The notes beneath the pieces were generated by a model that saw nothing but the letters and a program-made list of their open reading frames with translations, ran no database searches and had not been told where the DNA came from. Below are positions 10,913 to 20,858 of a stretch of DNA of 64,000 nucleotides, piece by piece. Within the stretch, counting starts at the first letter, position 1, and the number at the start of each line of letters is the position of its first letter. The position numbers were made by a program, and so were the translations under genes. Origin of the DNA: Candidatus Multivoradales bacterium (GTDB lineage Bacteria; Acidobacteriota; Thermoanaerobaculia; Multivoradales; J023); the NCBI GenBank assembly GCA_965248925.1, contig CBDFLE010000006.1:3168001-3232000 (forward strand). The letters are read 5' to 3'.

Positions 10913-13371
10913 ACACTTCAGTAGCGGCACGGCCGGCCTTTGTCGCGCGTTTTAACGCTTTTGTGACCGACCAAGCCCCTTTCGCCATGGAGGTGGCGCG
11001 TTCGGCCTTGGATGCTGCCGTGCGTCAGCTGCCACGGCAGACGTTCTCTAGCCCGCGTCAGCTGGACACCGTGCGCCGCCTGCTGGCCAAGGAATTGCGC
11101 CTCCGCTTGCGACCGCTGCCCGAGGACGAGCGACTCGAGGTCGCCCCCGGCGTTCGAATGGCGGAGCGCCAAGGGCAAGCAATCGAGGATTTGGTGGAGA
11201 TGTGTGACGGATTTCTCCATCGCGAATCCCTGCTGGCCTCGCTGAGCACAGCTGAGCGCCGAGAGATCCTCGGTGGCATGATCCTCACTCGCGCGGTCGA
11301 CAATCGACTCAAGCTCCTGCACGCCAAGGGCGAAGTGTTTTGGGACGAAGTCCAGTTTCCTGGCACGGGCTACCGCTCGTTGGGCAGGGAGGCGGTCTAT
11401 GCTGCCGGTTTGCGCCTGCGCCGTGGTAGCGAATGGCGAGGTAAAGACGGCGGCTGGAATGGGGACTTGGTGGCGCCTTCGCGGCGCGGCCTCGGCCTGG
11501 CGTTGGCCATGCACCCCGAGCCTGATTTGGTTTATCGCGCGCTGAGCGCTCAGGCCGGCAAAGGGGGGGCGCCGCCTGCGGGGCGAACGTCGTTCTTTGG
11601 CGACCTCGCGCGCGGGGTTTTGCCAGCCGCCAACTCGGCGGCAATTTCCAGCCTGACCGCCACCGGTTTCGCTCTTGCCTTGGCGCGAGAGGACGCAGGA
11701 CGGGTAGCGGTGGTGTTGGTCGGCGACGGTGGTAGCGCTCTCGGTGAGTGGCACGAGGCGATCAACCAGGCCGCCTTGCGTCGCCTGCCGGTAGTTTTCT
11801 TGATGGAGTCCGAACCCGCGTTGGCGTCGACCGAGGCCGCCGAATCGGCAGCTCGACAGTTGGCGGACAAAGCCGCGGGTTATGGCTTGCTGGCGCTGAG
11901 AGTCGATGGCGCGGATCCCGACGCGGTGGCGGTAGCCGCCGCCTGGGCGGTGGAGCGCGCGCGTCAGGGAAGCGGCCCAACCTTGCTCGACCTAGTGGCG
12001 ATGCGCATGTGTGGCGTTACCCACGCCACCGATGATTTTTATTTGGGTCAGGGGGCGGAGCCTGGCTGGGACTACGCCGAGCTTGGCAGCGCCGGCTGCG
12101 CCGACGCCGAGTCCTATCGCTATTGGTCAGAGCGCGATCCGATCCAGCGCTACGCCGCCCGTCTCGCCGTGGAGCAATTGGTCACCGCCGAGGAGGTTGT
12201 CACCTGGAAGGCCGAGGCCGAGGAAGTGGTGGAAGCCGAAACGCAGAGGGTACTCGATGCCCCGTGGCCCAAGGCGCGGACGGCAGGGGAGGGCGTTTTT
12301 AGCGATCAGCCGCCGGCCCACCGCAGCGACCCCTTATTGCGTCGGGTCGCGCGCCAGGAGGTCCGCCAAGGACTGCCGGATCTCGAGACAGGGGCTCCCT
12401 ACCATCCTGCCGGTGCTGGTTTTGGCGAGGCGATCCAGCGCGGTCTGGAACAGGCCCTCGAAGCCGATTCGCGAGTTTTCCTTTTTGGCCCGGCCTGCGA
12501 GGCTCGGGATCAACGAAGCGCGGTGCTCGAACCCATACGCCAGCTGCATGGCCAGAGGGTGCCTTGCTCGCCGTCGTCGCCGGCCGGAGTCTTGGGAATC
12601 TGTATCGGTGCGGCATTGGCCGGACAGAGGCCGATTGGCGAGATCCGGGCGGCGGAAATCGCCAGCGCCTTCAATCCCCTGGTCACTAGCGCGGCGCAAT
12701 TACGCTTTCGGTACGGCCAACCGGTACCGATGGTCTTGCGCGTACCCGGCGGCGAAGCTCATTCGCCTGACCCGGCCAGTTTGACCTGGTTCTACAGCGC
12801 TCCTGGACTGAAGATCGCCGTACCGTCAACGCCGCAAGACGCCCAAGCCATGCTGTTGGCGGCGGTGGAAGATCCGGATCCGGTGCTGTTTTATGAACCG
12901 ATGGAACTCTACGAATCGGTTGAGCTGCGCCAGCCGTTACCCGATGGATTGCCCGAGCCTCTGCCGCTGGGGCGCGCCGCGCTGCGCCGCGCCGGCTCCG
13001 ATCTGCTAATTGTGTCGTGGGGTGCTTTGGTCCACCGGGCGCTGCGGGTGGCTGAGAAACTGGCAGAGGCCGGCACGGGGGTCGCGGTCCTCGATCTGCG
13101 CAGCCTAGTGCCCCTCGATAGGCAGTGCTTATTGCGCTGTGTCCGCCATTGCGGCCGAGTCTTGATCGTCCACCGGGATAGCCGCATGGGGGGGGTTGGC
13201 GAGAGCTTGGCGGCGATCATCCAAGAAGAAGCCTTCGAGTATCTCGACGCCCCAGTGCGCATTCTTGGCGCCCTGGACACCCCCATGCCCTACTCGCCTC
13301 CCTTGGTTGAAGCCTTTGTCCCCGGTCAGGCCGAGATCGAGCGCGCCGCGCGCCTGCTGTTGGCCTATTAA
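10909..13371 (+). CDS. Fused 2-oxoacid dehydrogenase E1 alpha/beta homologue with degenerate catalytic motifs
   Basis: Alpha-like GDGG..GEWHEAIN, VDGADPDAV, GPTL; beta-like PGLKIAVPSTPQDA, DPDPVLFYEP, VLDLRSLVPLD, LDAPVRILGALDTPMPYSPPL. Start moved to GTG 10909. Confidence 0.85.
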   Translation: MNTSVAARPAFVARFNAFVTDQAPFAMEVARSALDAAVRQLPRQTFSSPRQLDTVRRLLAKELRLRLRPLPEDERLEVAPGVRMAERQGQAIEDLVEMCDGFLHRESLLASLSTAERREILGGMILTRAVDNRLKLLHAKGEVFWDEVQFPGTGYRSLGREAVYAAGLRLRRGSEWRGKDGGWNGDLVAPSRRGLGLALAMHPEPDLVYRALSAQAGKGGAPPAGRTSFFGDLARGVLPAANSAAISSLTATGFALALAREDAGRVAVVLVGDGGSALGEWHEAINQAALRRLPVVFLMESEPALASTEAAESAARQLADKAAGYGLLALRVDGADPDAVAVAAAWAVERARQGSGPTLLDLVAMRMCGVTHATDDFYLGQGAEPGWDYAELGSAGCADAESYRYWSERDPIQRYAARLAVEQLVTAEEVVTWKAEAEEVVEAETQRVLDAPWPKARTAGEGVFSDQPPAHRSDPLLRRVARQEVRQGLPDLETGAPYHPAGAGFGEAIQRGLEQALEADSRVFLFGPACEARDQRSAVLEPIRQLHGQRVPCSPSSPAGVLGICIGAALAGQRPIGEIRAAEIASAFNPLVTSAAQLRFRYGQPVPMVLRVPGGEAHSPDPASLTWFYSAPGLKIAVPSTPQDAQAMLLAAVEDPDPVLFYEPMELYESVELRQPLPDGLPEPLPLGRAALRRAGSDLLIVSWGALVHRALRVAEKLAEAGTGVAVLDLRSLVPLDRQCLLRCVRHCGRVLIVHRDSRMGGVGESLAAIIQEEAFEYLDAPVRILGALDTPMPYSPPLVEAFVPGQAEIERAARLLLAY

Positions 13372-13469
13372 AGTCGCTGGCTAGCGCCCGCTGAGCGTCG
13401 CGCTTTGGCTGAGCTGTCTAAGAAAATGGACAGCGCTGTCGGTCTGAGAGGTCAGAGAACAAGGAAGGA

Positions 13470-13501
13470 CGCTGGCGGCTGAAAAAGATGAGCCGCCAGC
13501 G
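13470..13501 (-). terminator. GC-rich hairpin, probable intrinsic terminator
   Basis: Perfect 11-bp inverted repeat CGCTGGCGGCT / AGCCGCCAGCG with a 10-nt loop, followed on the minus strand by a pyrimidine run (TCCTTCCTTGTTCTCT); lies between convergent genes. Confidence 0.55.
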
Positions 13502-13629
13502 CAGGATGAGGGAACGTGGCAGGAGTCAGGTAGGTTGCTCAGCGCCGGGGCGGTGAGGGAGTGTCCCGGTCGAGACCGAAACCACCGCGACAGCGTTTTC
13601 CAAAAGTGTCAGAGCAGGGTGCTTGAAGC

Positions 13630-15071
13630 TCATCGGTTGTTCTCCGCGGACGGAGCGTTGCCGAATCCTGCTCGTCTCCATGGTGTACTAGCAAAGGCCG
13701 TGCCGGCTTTCGATTTAGCTTGTCGATAGTAGGTAGGGGCGCGGCTGGTCACTGCTGGGGGAATCAGATCAGTTTCGATCTTGGCGGAGTTGTCGGGCCC
13801 TTGGGTCCGGGCCTGGCGCAGAAGGATCATCAAGTCGCCGCCGCCGCTGGGGGGCAGGTTGGCGCTCGCCAGGAGGGCGGTGCCGGCCGCGGTGGTTTGG
13901 GCAGCTTGCCAGTGGAAGAGGAGGTCTGAGGGTGCCAGACGACTCAGGGCTTGTTCCACGGATCGCGGGTCGCGAATGATCGGCGAGAGCACGAAGGGAG
14001 GGTCGGGGCGCATCTCGCGGGTCTGCTGGCTATCGATGTAGTACAGCTCACCGGTGAGGGCGAGCATGCTGACAGTGCGAGTGTCCAGTCGCCGAGTTGG
14101 ACTCGCGGATCGCGCAGCCAAACAGTGCCGTTGCCGCGGTGATAGAAAGTCACCTGTTGGCCTTCGACTGACTCGGGTACCTCGATCTCCAACCACCAGC
14201 GATGCCAGTCGTCGGTGAGCTGGTCGAAGGTCCACGAGGCGTCGCTGCTGGCCCAAAGACCGCCTGAACCCCAGGTGAATCCATCGGCTCGAGCTTCGAG
14301 GCCGATGCGCAAGATCTCGCTGTGCTGGCGACCGGTGGGCAGAGCAATGTCCAGGGTGGCGGAAAAGCCGCTGAGGTTGGGGATGACCCCAAGGCCCTGG
14401 AGATCGCGATGACGAGCATAAGTCGTCGTCGCCCGCTTGGCCGCCGCCGGATCGATCCGGGCCAGCAGCTCGACGACGGTGGTCATCGCCAAGCGTGGAT
14501 CCTTGCAGTCGAAACCAGCAAGACGCAGCGGCCGGCTGGCCTTGCGATTGTACTCTCGCATCCACAACAACAGTTCGCGCAGGCCACGGCGGTAGAAGAC
14601 TTTGTTGGGCCAGGCGTGTCGAGCGATCAGCTCATCGAGGTCGCCCTCGCCGCCGCGAACCCACCGGTCAAGCAAGTGGGCATGGGCCGGGTCGATCTCC
14701 AAGGCGAAGACCTCGAAGACGGCTTGCTCGGCCAGATCAGCGAACAAGCGATGGGCCAGGCGGTGGAAGTCGTCGACCCCATGCTCGCTCTCCCCCAGGC
14801 CGACGACCCGAGCATCGCCGAGCCAAGCTCTCAGGGTCTGTAAGTCGGTGGCGCTACCGCTCTGCTCCGGATCGATGCTGAGCAGGGGTGCTACGAACTC
14901 ACCCAACGGATCTTTTCTGTCCCCGGTTCCTTCCAGCAACCCGAGCAGACGATGAATCCCGCGACAAATCCGGCCAAGGCTGTTCTGAGCGAGAGGGTGG
15001 TCATTGAGAGGTGCAAGCTCATTGTGAGTCAGCGGCTGATGGCAAAACCAGTCATCTTTGCAGATCACCAT
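13630..15071 (-). pseudogene. Erythromycin esterase family gene, internally deleted and frameshifted
   Basis: Frame 13944..15071 has ARVVGLGESEHG, FALE and GFD motifs plus a beta-sandwich insert, then decays. A second frame (from about 14070 to 13630) has a C-terminal-like segment (SVEQALSRL...DLMILL). The intervening RD..MA and WAHNxH region is absent. Confidence 0.6.
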
Positions 15072-15414
15072 AGCGCTGGCGCAGCCTGCGCTCTTTGTCG
15101 ATCGGGCCGTAGAAGGTCACCACCAGCACTCGCTCGCCCAAGTCGACGAAATATTTGACCAGATAGTTTTCTTGGCCGATGAGGACCTCGACCTTGTTCA
15201 AGTCGAGAGCTGCTGAGGCTTTGGCGGCGAAGCATAGGTCGAAATTGGCCGCCGGGCCCGTGCCAAGCTCTTCGAATCGATTGCACTTGATGGTCTGCGC
15301 GTTGGTCATTTCAACCTGAAGAGCACCGACTTCGAGAGCCTTCGATGCTTCATCCCACACCATTTGGCATGGAATGGCATGGCTAGGCACAGGACTGCCA
15401 ATATCCGGGAGCAT
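15052..15414 (-). CDS. Hypothetical protein
   Basis: 120-aa ORF with globular-looking composition, co-oriented with its neighbours; no recognised motif. Confidence 0.4.
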   Translation of the reverse strand: MLPDIGSPVPSHAIPCQMVWDEASKALEVGALQVEMTNAQTIKCNRFEELGTGPAANFDLCFAAKASAALDLNKVEVLIGQENYLVKYFVDLGERVLVVTFYGPIDKERRLRQRYGDLQR

Positions 15415-15488
15415 TGCGCACGATTCCGAGAGAAAACGATAGCGCTGGTCATCATGGGAAGGTTCTCTATAGTTGGCGAACTTAGAAT

Positions 15489-16007
15489 TCAGGGATCAGC
15501 CGCAAACAACCTAATCTCGTCTTGCTCTCCAGGCATCTTTAGGTTGCTATCTAAAGCGAAGCCGAGCTTCTCAAGCAAACCGATGGAAGCTGTGTTCTTA
15601 GGTGAGGTGATGGCTAGCAGGCGACCGAGGCCGAAGGTCTGGCGGCCGTGGGCGATCACCGCGGCGGCGGCCTCGTAGCCGTAGCCTTGGGAGCGGAAGG
15701 CTGGCAGATAGGCGAAGCCGATGTCGGGATGGTCGAGGTGATCGCGCCGCAACAGTCCACACATGCCGATCGGTTGCCCTCCCTCCTTGAGTTCAACCCG
15801 GTTGAGGCCGAACCCGTGTTGCTGGTAGCTCACCATAGGGCCGTCGCGCAGATAGCGTCGAGCATCTTCCTCGTCGCGTACTCCGCGATCCCCGATGTGT
15901 TCCAAGAATGCCGCGTCATTGAGCAGTTCGACAATAAAACGGGGATCAGCGGTGGAGCTGTCGCTGAACCGGCGGATGATCAGGCGTTCGGTTTCTAGAA
16001 TCTGCAT
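15489..16007 (-). CDS. GNAT family N-acetyltransferase (RimJ/RimL type)
   Basis: LETERLIIR, PIGMCGL, DIGFAYLPAFRSQGYGYEAA, NTASIGLLEKLGF. Confidence 0.92.
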   Translation of the reverse strand: MQILETERLIIRRFSDSSTADPRFIVELLNDAAFLEHIGDRGVRDEEDARRYLRDGPMVSYQQHGFGLNRVELKEGGQPIGMCGLLRRDHLDHPDIGFAYLPAFRSQGYGYEAAAAVIAHGRQTFGLGRLLAITSPKNTASIGLLEKLGFALDSNLKMPGEQDEIRLFAADP

Positions 16008-16010
16008 GAC

Positions 16011-16739
16011 TCAGGGGCTCTCGATGGCCTCTATCCGCCGCTCGTAGCGGATCGAGAGGATCGGCATGATGATCGGCAGCAGACAGTAAGCGAAGCCGGC
16101 GAAGGTGCCAAGGTTGCCGGGGGCGAGCAGGGCGAAGAGGGCGGAGAGCAGGCCGATGGCAGCTTGTGCCGTCCAAATGGTGACTTGCTGCTGGGTGCGC
16201 AGCCGCTCGACGGCGTCGAGGCCCAGGCTGTCGGCACAGCGCAGGGCACGAAAGTTGAGGGCCGCCAGGGCCCCGGACATGGCCAAGGTGCCGATGCCGT
16301 AGGCGACGAACAGGCCGATAGCTTCTCGCAAGCTGTTGATTTCGAATTGCGACGGTAGGCGCCCGCCGCTCATCCAGCCAAAGAAGGTCGAGAACATCAC
16401 TCGCAGTGGATAGACGTAGACCAGAACGACAAAGACCAGGCCGAGGGAGATCATCGTTGCCGGCATATCTTCGAGGCCATAGCGTTGACTCCATTGGCGG
16501 TGAGCGAACCAGAACATCATGATCAGCGCGAAGCTGGCGGCAAAGGCCGGGATGCCGAGCAAGGCTTCGATCATCTGTGAATAAGTGGTCGGCAAACCGT
16601 CGACCGCGATCACCAGCAGGCTCATCGAGAAGGCGAAGGCGGCGTCGACGAAGGTTTCGAGCCGGGTCATCTCGATGCCACGCAGGCGCACGCCGTGGCG
16701 GCGGGTCAAGAGGCGGAGCTTTTCTTCGGTCCACAACAT
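16011..16739 (-). CDS. TMEM175 family (DUF1211) K+ channel-like membrane protein
   Basis: RLETFVDAAFAFSMSLLV (RxxxFSD-like motif), FAASFALIMMFWFAH and about six TM helices. Start moved to ATG 16739. Confidence 0.8.
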   Translation of the reverse strand: MLWTEEKLRLLTRRHGVRLRGIEMTRLETFVDAAFAFSMSLLVIAVDGLPTTYSQMIEALLGIPAFAASFALIMMFWFAHRQWSQRYGLEDMPATMISLGLVFVVLVYVYPLRVMFSTFFGWMSGGRLPSQFEINSLREAIGLFVAYGIGTLAMSGALAALNFRALRCADSLGLDAVERLRTQQQVTIWTAQAAIGLLSALFALLAPGNLGTFAGFAYCLLPIIMPILSIRYERRIEAIESP

Positions 16740-16767
16740 GGGTTCAGGGAGTTTGGCAGCGCGGTGC

Positions 16768-19278
16768 TCAGCGCCTGCCGCGTTCTTCGGTATGGGTTTC
16801 GACGGTCGCCGGTAGCGACTCTTGTTCTGGTGTTGATTCGATGGCAATGTAGGTCTCCAGCCAGCGATGGGTTTCCCACAGCATGTGCAGGATCGACTCA
16901 TGGGCGCGGTAACCGTGGCTCTCGTGCGGCAGCATCACCAGTCGAGCGGTGGCGCCATGACCCTTAAGGGCGTTGTAGAAGCGCTCACTCTGCATCGGGA
17001 AAGTGCCGGAGTTGTTGTCGGCCTCGCCGTGGATCAGCAGTAGCGGCTCGTTGATCTTCTCGGCGTGCATGAAGGGGGACATGCTGAAGTAGATCTCGGG
17101 GGCTTCCCACAAGGTGCGCTCTTCGGCCTGGAAGCCAAAGGGGGTCAAAGTGCGGTTGTAGGCCCCGCTGCGAGCGATGCCAGCGGCGAATAGGTCGCTG
17201 TGGGCAAGTAGGTTGGCGGTCATGAAAGCGCCGTAGCTGTGGCCACCCACCGCGATGTGTCCAGGCTTGGCGACGCCACGGCGGATGCATTCTTCGACCG
17301 CTGCTTTGGCGCTCGATACCAGCTGCTCGCGGAAGGTGTCGTTGGGTTCGTCGTCGCCTTCACCAACGATCGGCATCGACGGGTTTTCGAGCACGGCGTA
17401 GCCCTGGGTGAGCCACAGGGTCGAGGAGTACCAGCCGACGCGATCAAATCGATGGGGTGAGTCGGTGACCTGACCCGCCGCGGCGGCACTCTTGAACTCG
17501 CGCGGATAGGCCCACAACAGCAGGGGTATTGGACCGTCGCGCTCAGCGTCGTAGCCAGCCGGTTGATAGAGGGTGGCGGTGAGGTCGACGCCGTCGCCGC
17601 GTTGGTAGCGAATCAGTTCTTTTTTAATCCCCTTCAGCTCTGGCGTGGGGTGCGGGAAGTGGGTTAGCTGGCGTTCGACAGCGCCGCTAGTGAGGTTGCG
17701 GACAAAGTAGTTGGGCGGTTCCTCAATCGACTCGCGGCGGGTCAGCAAGTGGTTTTCGTCAAGCATCAGCAGCGGGCGTTCGTAGTAGGGCGCCGCCGAG
17801 TGGAAGAGGCGCCGAGTTTTCTTGCTGCCAAGGTGGATGGCATCGAGGAATGGGCGATCGCCTTGTGGAGAGGCGCCGCTCGATACCAGATAGAGGATCT
17901 CGCCATCCTCGCCACCGGTCTTGAGTACTTGCCAGCCAGCCGCGTTGGGCTCGGTCAGCGGGCTGCCGGGGTCGCTGTAGCGATCTTCCCAGGACCGTTC
18001 GATGAACACCTCGGGCGGTGCTTGGGGCGAGTCGGGTCGCAGGCGGCTAACTCGCACTTGGCGGGTCTTGCGCCAAACCTCGGCCACTAGAGCCAGGTCG
18101 CCGCGGCCCCAGTTGATCTCGGCCAGACGATATCGCAGGTCCATCAGCGGCTGAGGGTTGTCGCTGAACGGTGCCGCCAGGTGATAAACGCGGTCGCGGA
18201 ATTCAGCCGGGTTCTTGGCGTCGCCACCATCGAGTGCTTCTACCCAGACCAGGTCCGCCGCTTGGTCGGCGCGCCATTCGTAGCGCCGTGGCCCAGTGGC
18301 GACGTTGTCGAAACCAGTCGGGATTTCCTCGAGTACTGGCAGTTCAGCGATCAAATGCGCTTCTCCGCTACTGAGGTCGTGAGCCTCGATACGGCGGCCA
18401 AAGCGCCAAGCCGGCACCAGATACGAAAACGGCCGTCGCAGAGTCTGGACCATCAAATAGCGTCCGTCGGGGGACGGTGATAGGCGCCACAGCAGGCCAG
18501 GTTGACCTATCTTCTGCGCCCTGCCGTCGAGGTCGATGCGCATCACTTGACTCTGCAAAAAGTGTGCGAAGAGGGCCTCGTCGTGAGGGTTCTGCAGCAG
18601 GTCTTGGAAGGTCCGGGCGGGGGCGGTGCGGCCTAGGTTTTCGAGGATCACCGGCCCCGCTGGGGTCGTTGCCGGGCGCGGCGCGGTGCCGCGGTTGGCG
18701 ACCAGTGTTGGACAGATCAAGGCCCGACTGTCAGGTAGCCAAACCGGGCGGACAAAGGCGGCTAGATTGAGTTCTACACTGCCCAATCGTCGGGCGCTGG
18801 CAGTGGCCAGCTCGGCCACCCAGAGTTCGATACCATCGCCGCGGGTGTGGGTGAAGGAAATGTACTTGCCGTCGGGTGAGAAGGAGAGCACTTCCAGCCT
18901 CGCTGCTGCTGGCAAGCCGCGCACCGGACGGGGCGCGCCGCCAGTAACATCGAGCACCGACAAAGCACTCGCCGGTCGGCTGCGACTGGGGCCGTTATTG
19001 GCTGGGCGAATGCGCAGTCCGGCCAGTCGCAGCTCTTTTTCGGCAAGTTCCGAGATAGATGGCAGGCTGGGATATTCGATCAGTAACAAATGCCGGTGAT
19101 CCGGGCTCAGCTGGACTCGCGGTGTTGGCGGCCGAGTGACCATCGCGGCTAATGCTGCCGGCGGTGTGCGGTAGAGCGCCTTGGTTTCGTCGCTGTCAGC
19201 GGCTACTGGCGAGCCGGCCAATGCCAAGATCGCGAGAATCGAGAGCAGGCGGCGAGTGACGGTTTTCTCAGAACTCAT
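16768..19278 (-). CDS. S9 prolyl oligopeptidase family serine peptidase (glutamyl endopeptidase-like)
   Basis: Signal peptide, propeller region, GGHSYGAFM (Ser), HGEADNNSGTFP (Asp), LPHESHGY (His), AYNRTLTPFGFQ. Confidence 0.93.
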   Translation of the reverse strand: MSSEKTVTRRLLSILAILALAGSPVAADSDETKALYRTPPAALAAMVTRPPTPRVQLSPDHRHLLLIEYPSLPSISELAEKELRLAGLRIRPANNGPSRSRPASALSVLDVTGGAPRPVRGLPAAARLEVLSFSPDGKYISFTHTRGDGIELWVAELATASARRLGSVELNLAAFVRPVWLPDSRALICPTLVANRGTAPRPATTPAGPVILENLGRTAPARTFQDLLQNPHDEALFAHFLQSQVMRIDLDGRAQKIGQPGLLWRLSPSPDGRYLMVQTLRRPFSYLVPAWRFGRRIEAHDLSSGEAHLIAELPVLEEIPTGFDNVATGPRRYEWRADQAADLVWVEALDGGDAKNPAEFRDRVYHLAAPFSDNPQPLMDLRYRLAEINWGRGDLALVAEVWRKTRQVRVSRLRPDSPQAPPEVFIERSWEDRYSDPGSPLTEPNAAGWQVLKTGGEDGEILYLVSSGASPQGDRPFLDAIHLGSKKTRRLFHSAAPYYERPLLMLDENHLLTRRESIEEPPNYFVRNLTSGAVERQLTHFPHPTPELKGIKKELIRYQRGDGVDLTATLYQPAGYDAERDGPIPLLLWAYPREFKSAAAAGQVTDSPHRFDRVGWYSSTLWLTQGYAVLENPSMPIVGEGDDEPNDTFREQLVSSAKAAVEECIRRGVAKPGHIAVGGHSYGAFMTANLLAHSDLFAAGIARSGAYNRTLTPFGFQAEERTLWEAPEIYFSMSPFMHAEKINEPLLLIHGEADNNSGTFPMQSERFYNALKGHGATARLVMLPHESHGYRAHESILHMLWETHRWLETYIAIESTPEQESLPATVETHTEERGRR

Positions 19279-19487
19279 GACGGATCCTCCGCCAGGATTC
19301 GAGTGTTGCGTTCGGCCGGAAGCTAGGAACTCGACGCCAGGCTAAGCAAGTTTTGGGCGGTCGGAAGAGCCTGCTAGCCTAGCATGCCACGGTCGTTGCG
19401 CCGGCTTCCTCCACCCGTGGTGAAGTGCGGCCATGGGGTTGATGGCGACGGTTTGGCCAGGCGTGAAACCTCCCATTCCTGGAGGAT

Positions 19488-20222
19488 CTAAGCCAGCCGG
19501 CCAGCGAGCTTCTGCTCACCGGGGCGCAGGGCTAGCACCAGGCGAGCGTTGTTGCTGGGCGGCCAGAAGTTCTTGCGGACCTCGACCTCGAAACCGTGTC
19601 TTTCGAGGTCCCGCGCCACTTTGGGCAACAGCATGCTCAGGTAGTACATGATGAAGGGGGGGCGCCACAGCAGATTGCGCAGCGCTATCGTGGTATCGAA
19701 TCCAGTGGCCAACCAGAGTCGTGGGCTCCACCGCGGTGGGCGCTTCGCGGTGACGAAGACGAAGCGGCCGCCGGGGATCAGAGCGCGAAAGACGGCGGCG
19801 AACAAGCGCGGCTGGTCGCCAGGTGGAAAGTGGCCCAGAGCGCCGAAGCAGGTGATGAGATCGAATTGGCGGGCGAAGTTCATTTGCAGAACATCGCCGT
19901 GCAGCAGTTCTAATTTTGTTTCCGCGGTAGGCGGCTCGGGGTGCTCACCCGCCTGGGCGAGCATTCCACGGCTAAAATCGATGCCCACCAAGCGGCGCCG
20001 GCAGAGCGGTGCCAACATCCTCAAGCCAGCGCCGGTGCCACAGCAGAGGTCGAGGATGTTGTCGACCGGGTCGAGTTCACCAGCCACTGCCGAGAGCAGC
20101 TTGTCGGGGGTGCGGAACGGGGTGAGATCGAACTTGCTCGCCAGCAGGTCGTAGCCGTGCTCGGTCGACGACAGAGACTGCCGGACAAGCTCGCCGAAGG
20201 TGGGTCCTCGAGGGTGGAACAT
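19488..20222 (-). CDS. Class I SAM-dependent methyltransferase
   Basis: ILDLCCGTGAG, GIDFSRGML, FDLITC, LIPGGRFVF. Confidence 0.88.
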   Translation of the reverse strand: MFHPRGPTFGELVRQSLSSTEHGYDLLASKFDLTPFRTPDKLLSAVAGELDPVDNILDLCCGTGAGLRMLAPLCRRRLVGIDFSRGMLAQAGEHPEPPTAETKLELLHGDVLQMNFARQFDLITCFGALGHFPPGDQPRLFAAVFRALIPGGRFVFVTAKRPPRWSPRLWLATGFDTTIALRNLLWRPPFIMYYLSMLLPKVARDLERHGFEVEVRKNFWPPSNNARLVLALRPGEQKLAGRLA

Positions 20223-20275
20223 GCCCAGCGAGCATATCGGCTCTTACGGGGCAGGATCGCCGCCGGCTGCGCCGC

Positions 20276-20812
20276 CTAGAGCTTCAGCACCAGCTTGGTC
20301 ATATCGTGCTGGTTGCCGTCCGGATCGGTGCCGTATCCTGGCCACGCTTGGGACTGGAAACCGAGTCTTTCGAGGGTCTCGATCGCTTGCTGCTCGAGGT
20401 CCGAGATCAACATGCAAGACAGATGACGCAGGCCGTTGTTTTTTGCTGTGTCGATCAGGTGATTGACCAGCAAGGTACCGAGGCCGGCATCCCGCCAATG
20501 GGGATCGATTAGCCACTTGATCCGTCCGACCAACCGCAGTGGTCCTCGGTCGCGGCAATGCAACGAAGCATCGGCGACAATCTGAGCACCGTCGAGCGCT
20601 AGCAAGGGCAAGACCCGGTCATAGTTGAGGTTCTGACCCCAGCTCTCGACCAAGCCAGGGTCGTCAAGCCGCTCCCAGGCGAAACGGCGGGTGTCTTCGG
20701 GAAGGCGCTGAAAGAACTCGAATAGTGCCTGGGGATCTTGCTCAGCAAAAGGGCGCACCAAAATGCGCCGTCCGTCGCCGAGTACCGCCTCTTGCGGGTA
20801 GCGGTGCTGCAT
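20276..20812 (-). CDS. GNAT family N-acetyltransferase
   Basis: DGRRILVRP, IVADASLH, IDPHWRDAGLGTLL, LERLGF; GGAGGAG RBS before ATG 20812. Confidence 0.85.
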   Translation of the reverse strand: MQHRYPQEAVLGDGRRILVRPFAEQDPQALFEFFQRLPEDTRRFAWERLDDPGLVESWGQNLNYDRVLPLLALDGAQIVADASLHCRDRGPLRLVGRIKWLIDPHWRDAGLGTLLVNHLIDTAKNNGLRHLSCMLISDLEQQAIETLERLGFQSQAWPGYGTDPDGNQHDMTKLVLKL

Positions 20813-20858
20813 CGTGAAGACTCTCCTCCAATGTTCTTGCTCGAAACGAGCGGGCAAA

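Noticed and set aside
13372-13629. 258-bp intergenic region considered as a possible ncRNA or riboswitch
   Set aside because: Only one terminator-like hairpin is evident, and I recognise no Rfam-type consensus; an Infernal search would be needed.
19284-19490. Imperfect long-range inverted repeat (GGATCCTCC..AGGA / TCCTGGAGGATC) that could sequester the S9 peptidase RBS or mark a MITE
   Set aside because: Short, gapped and about 190 nt apart, with no target-site duplication and no second copy seen; compatible with chance in GC-rich DNA.
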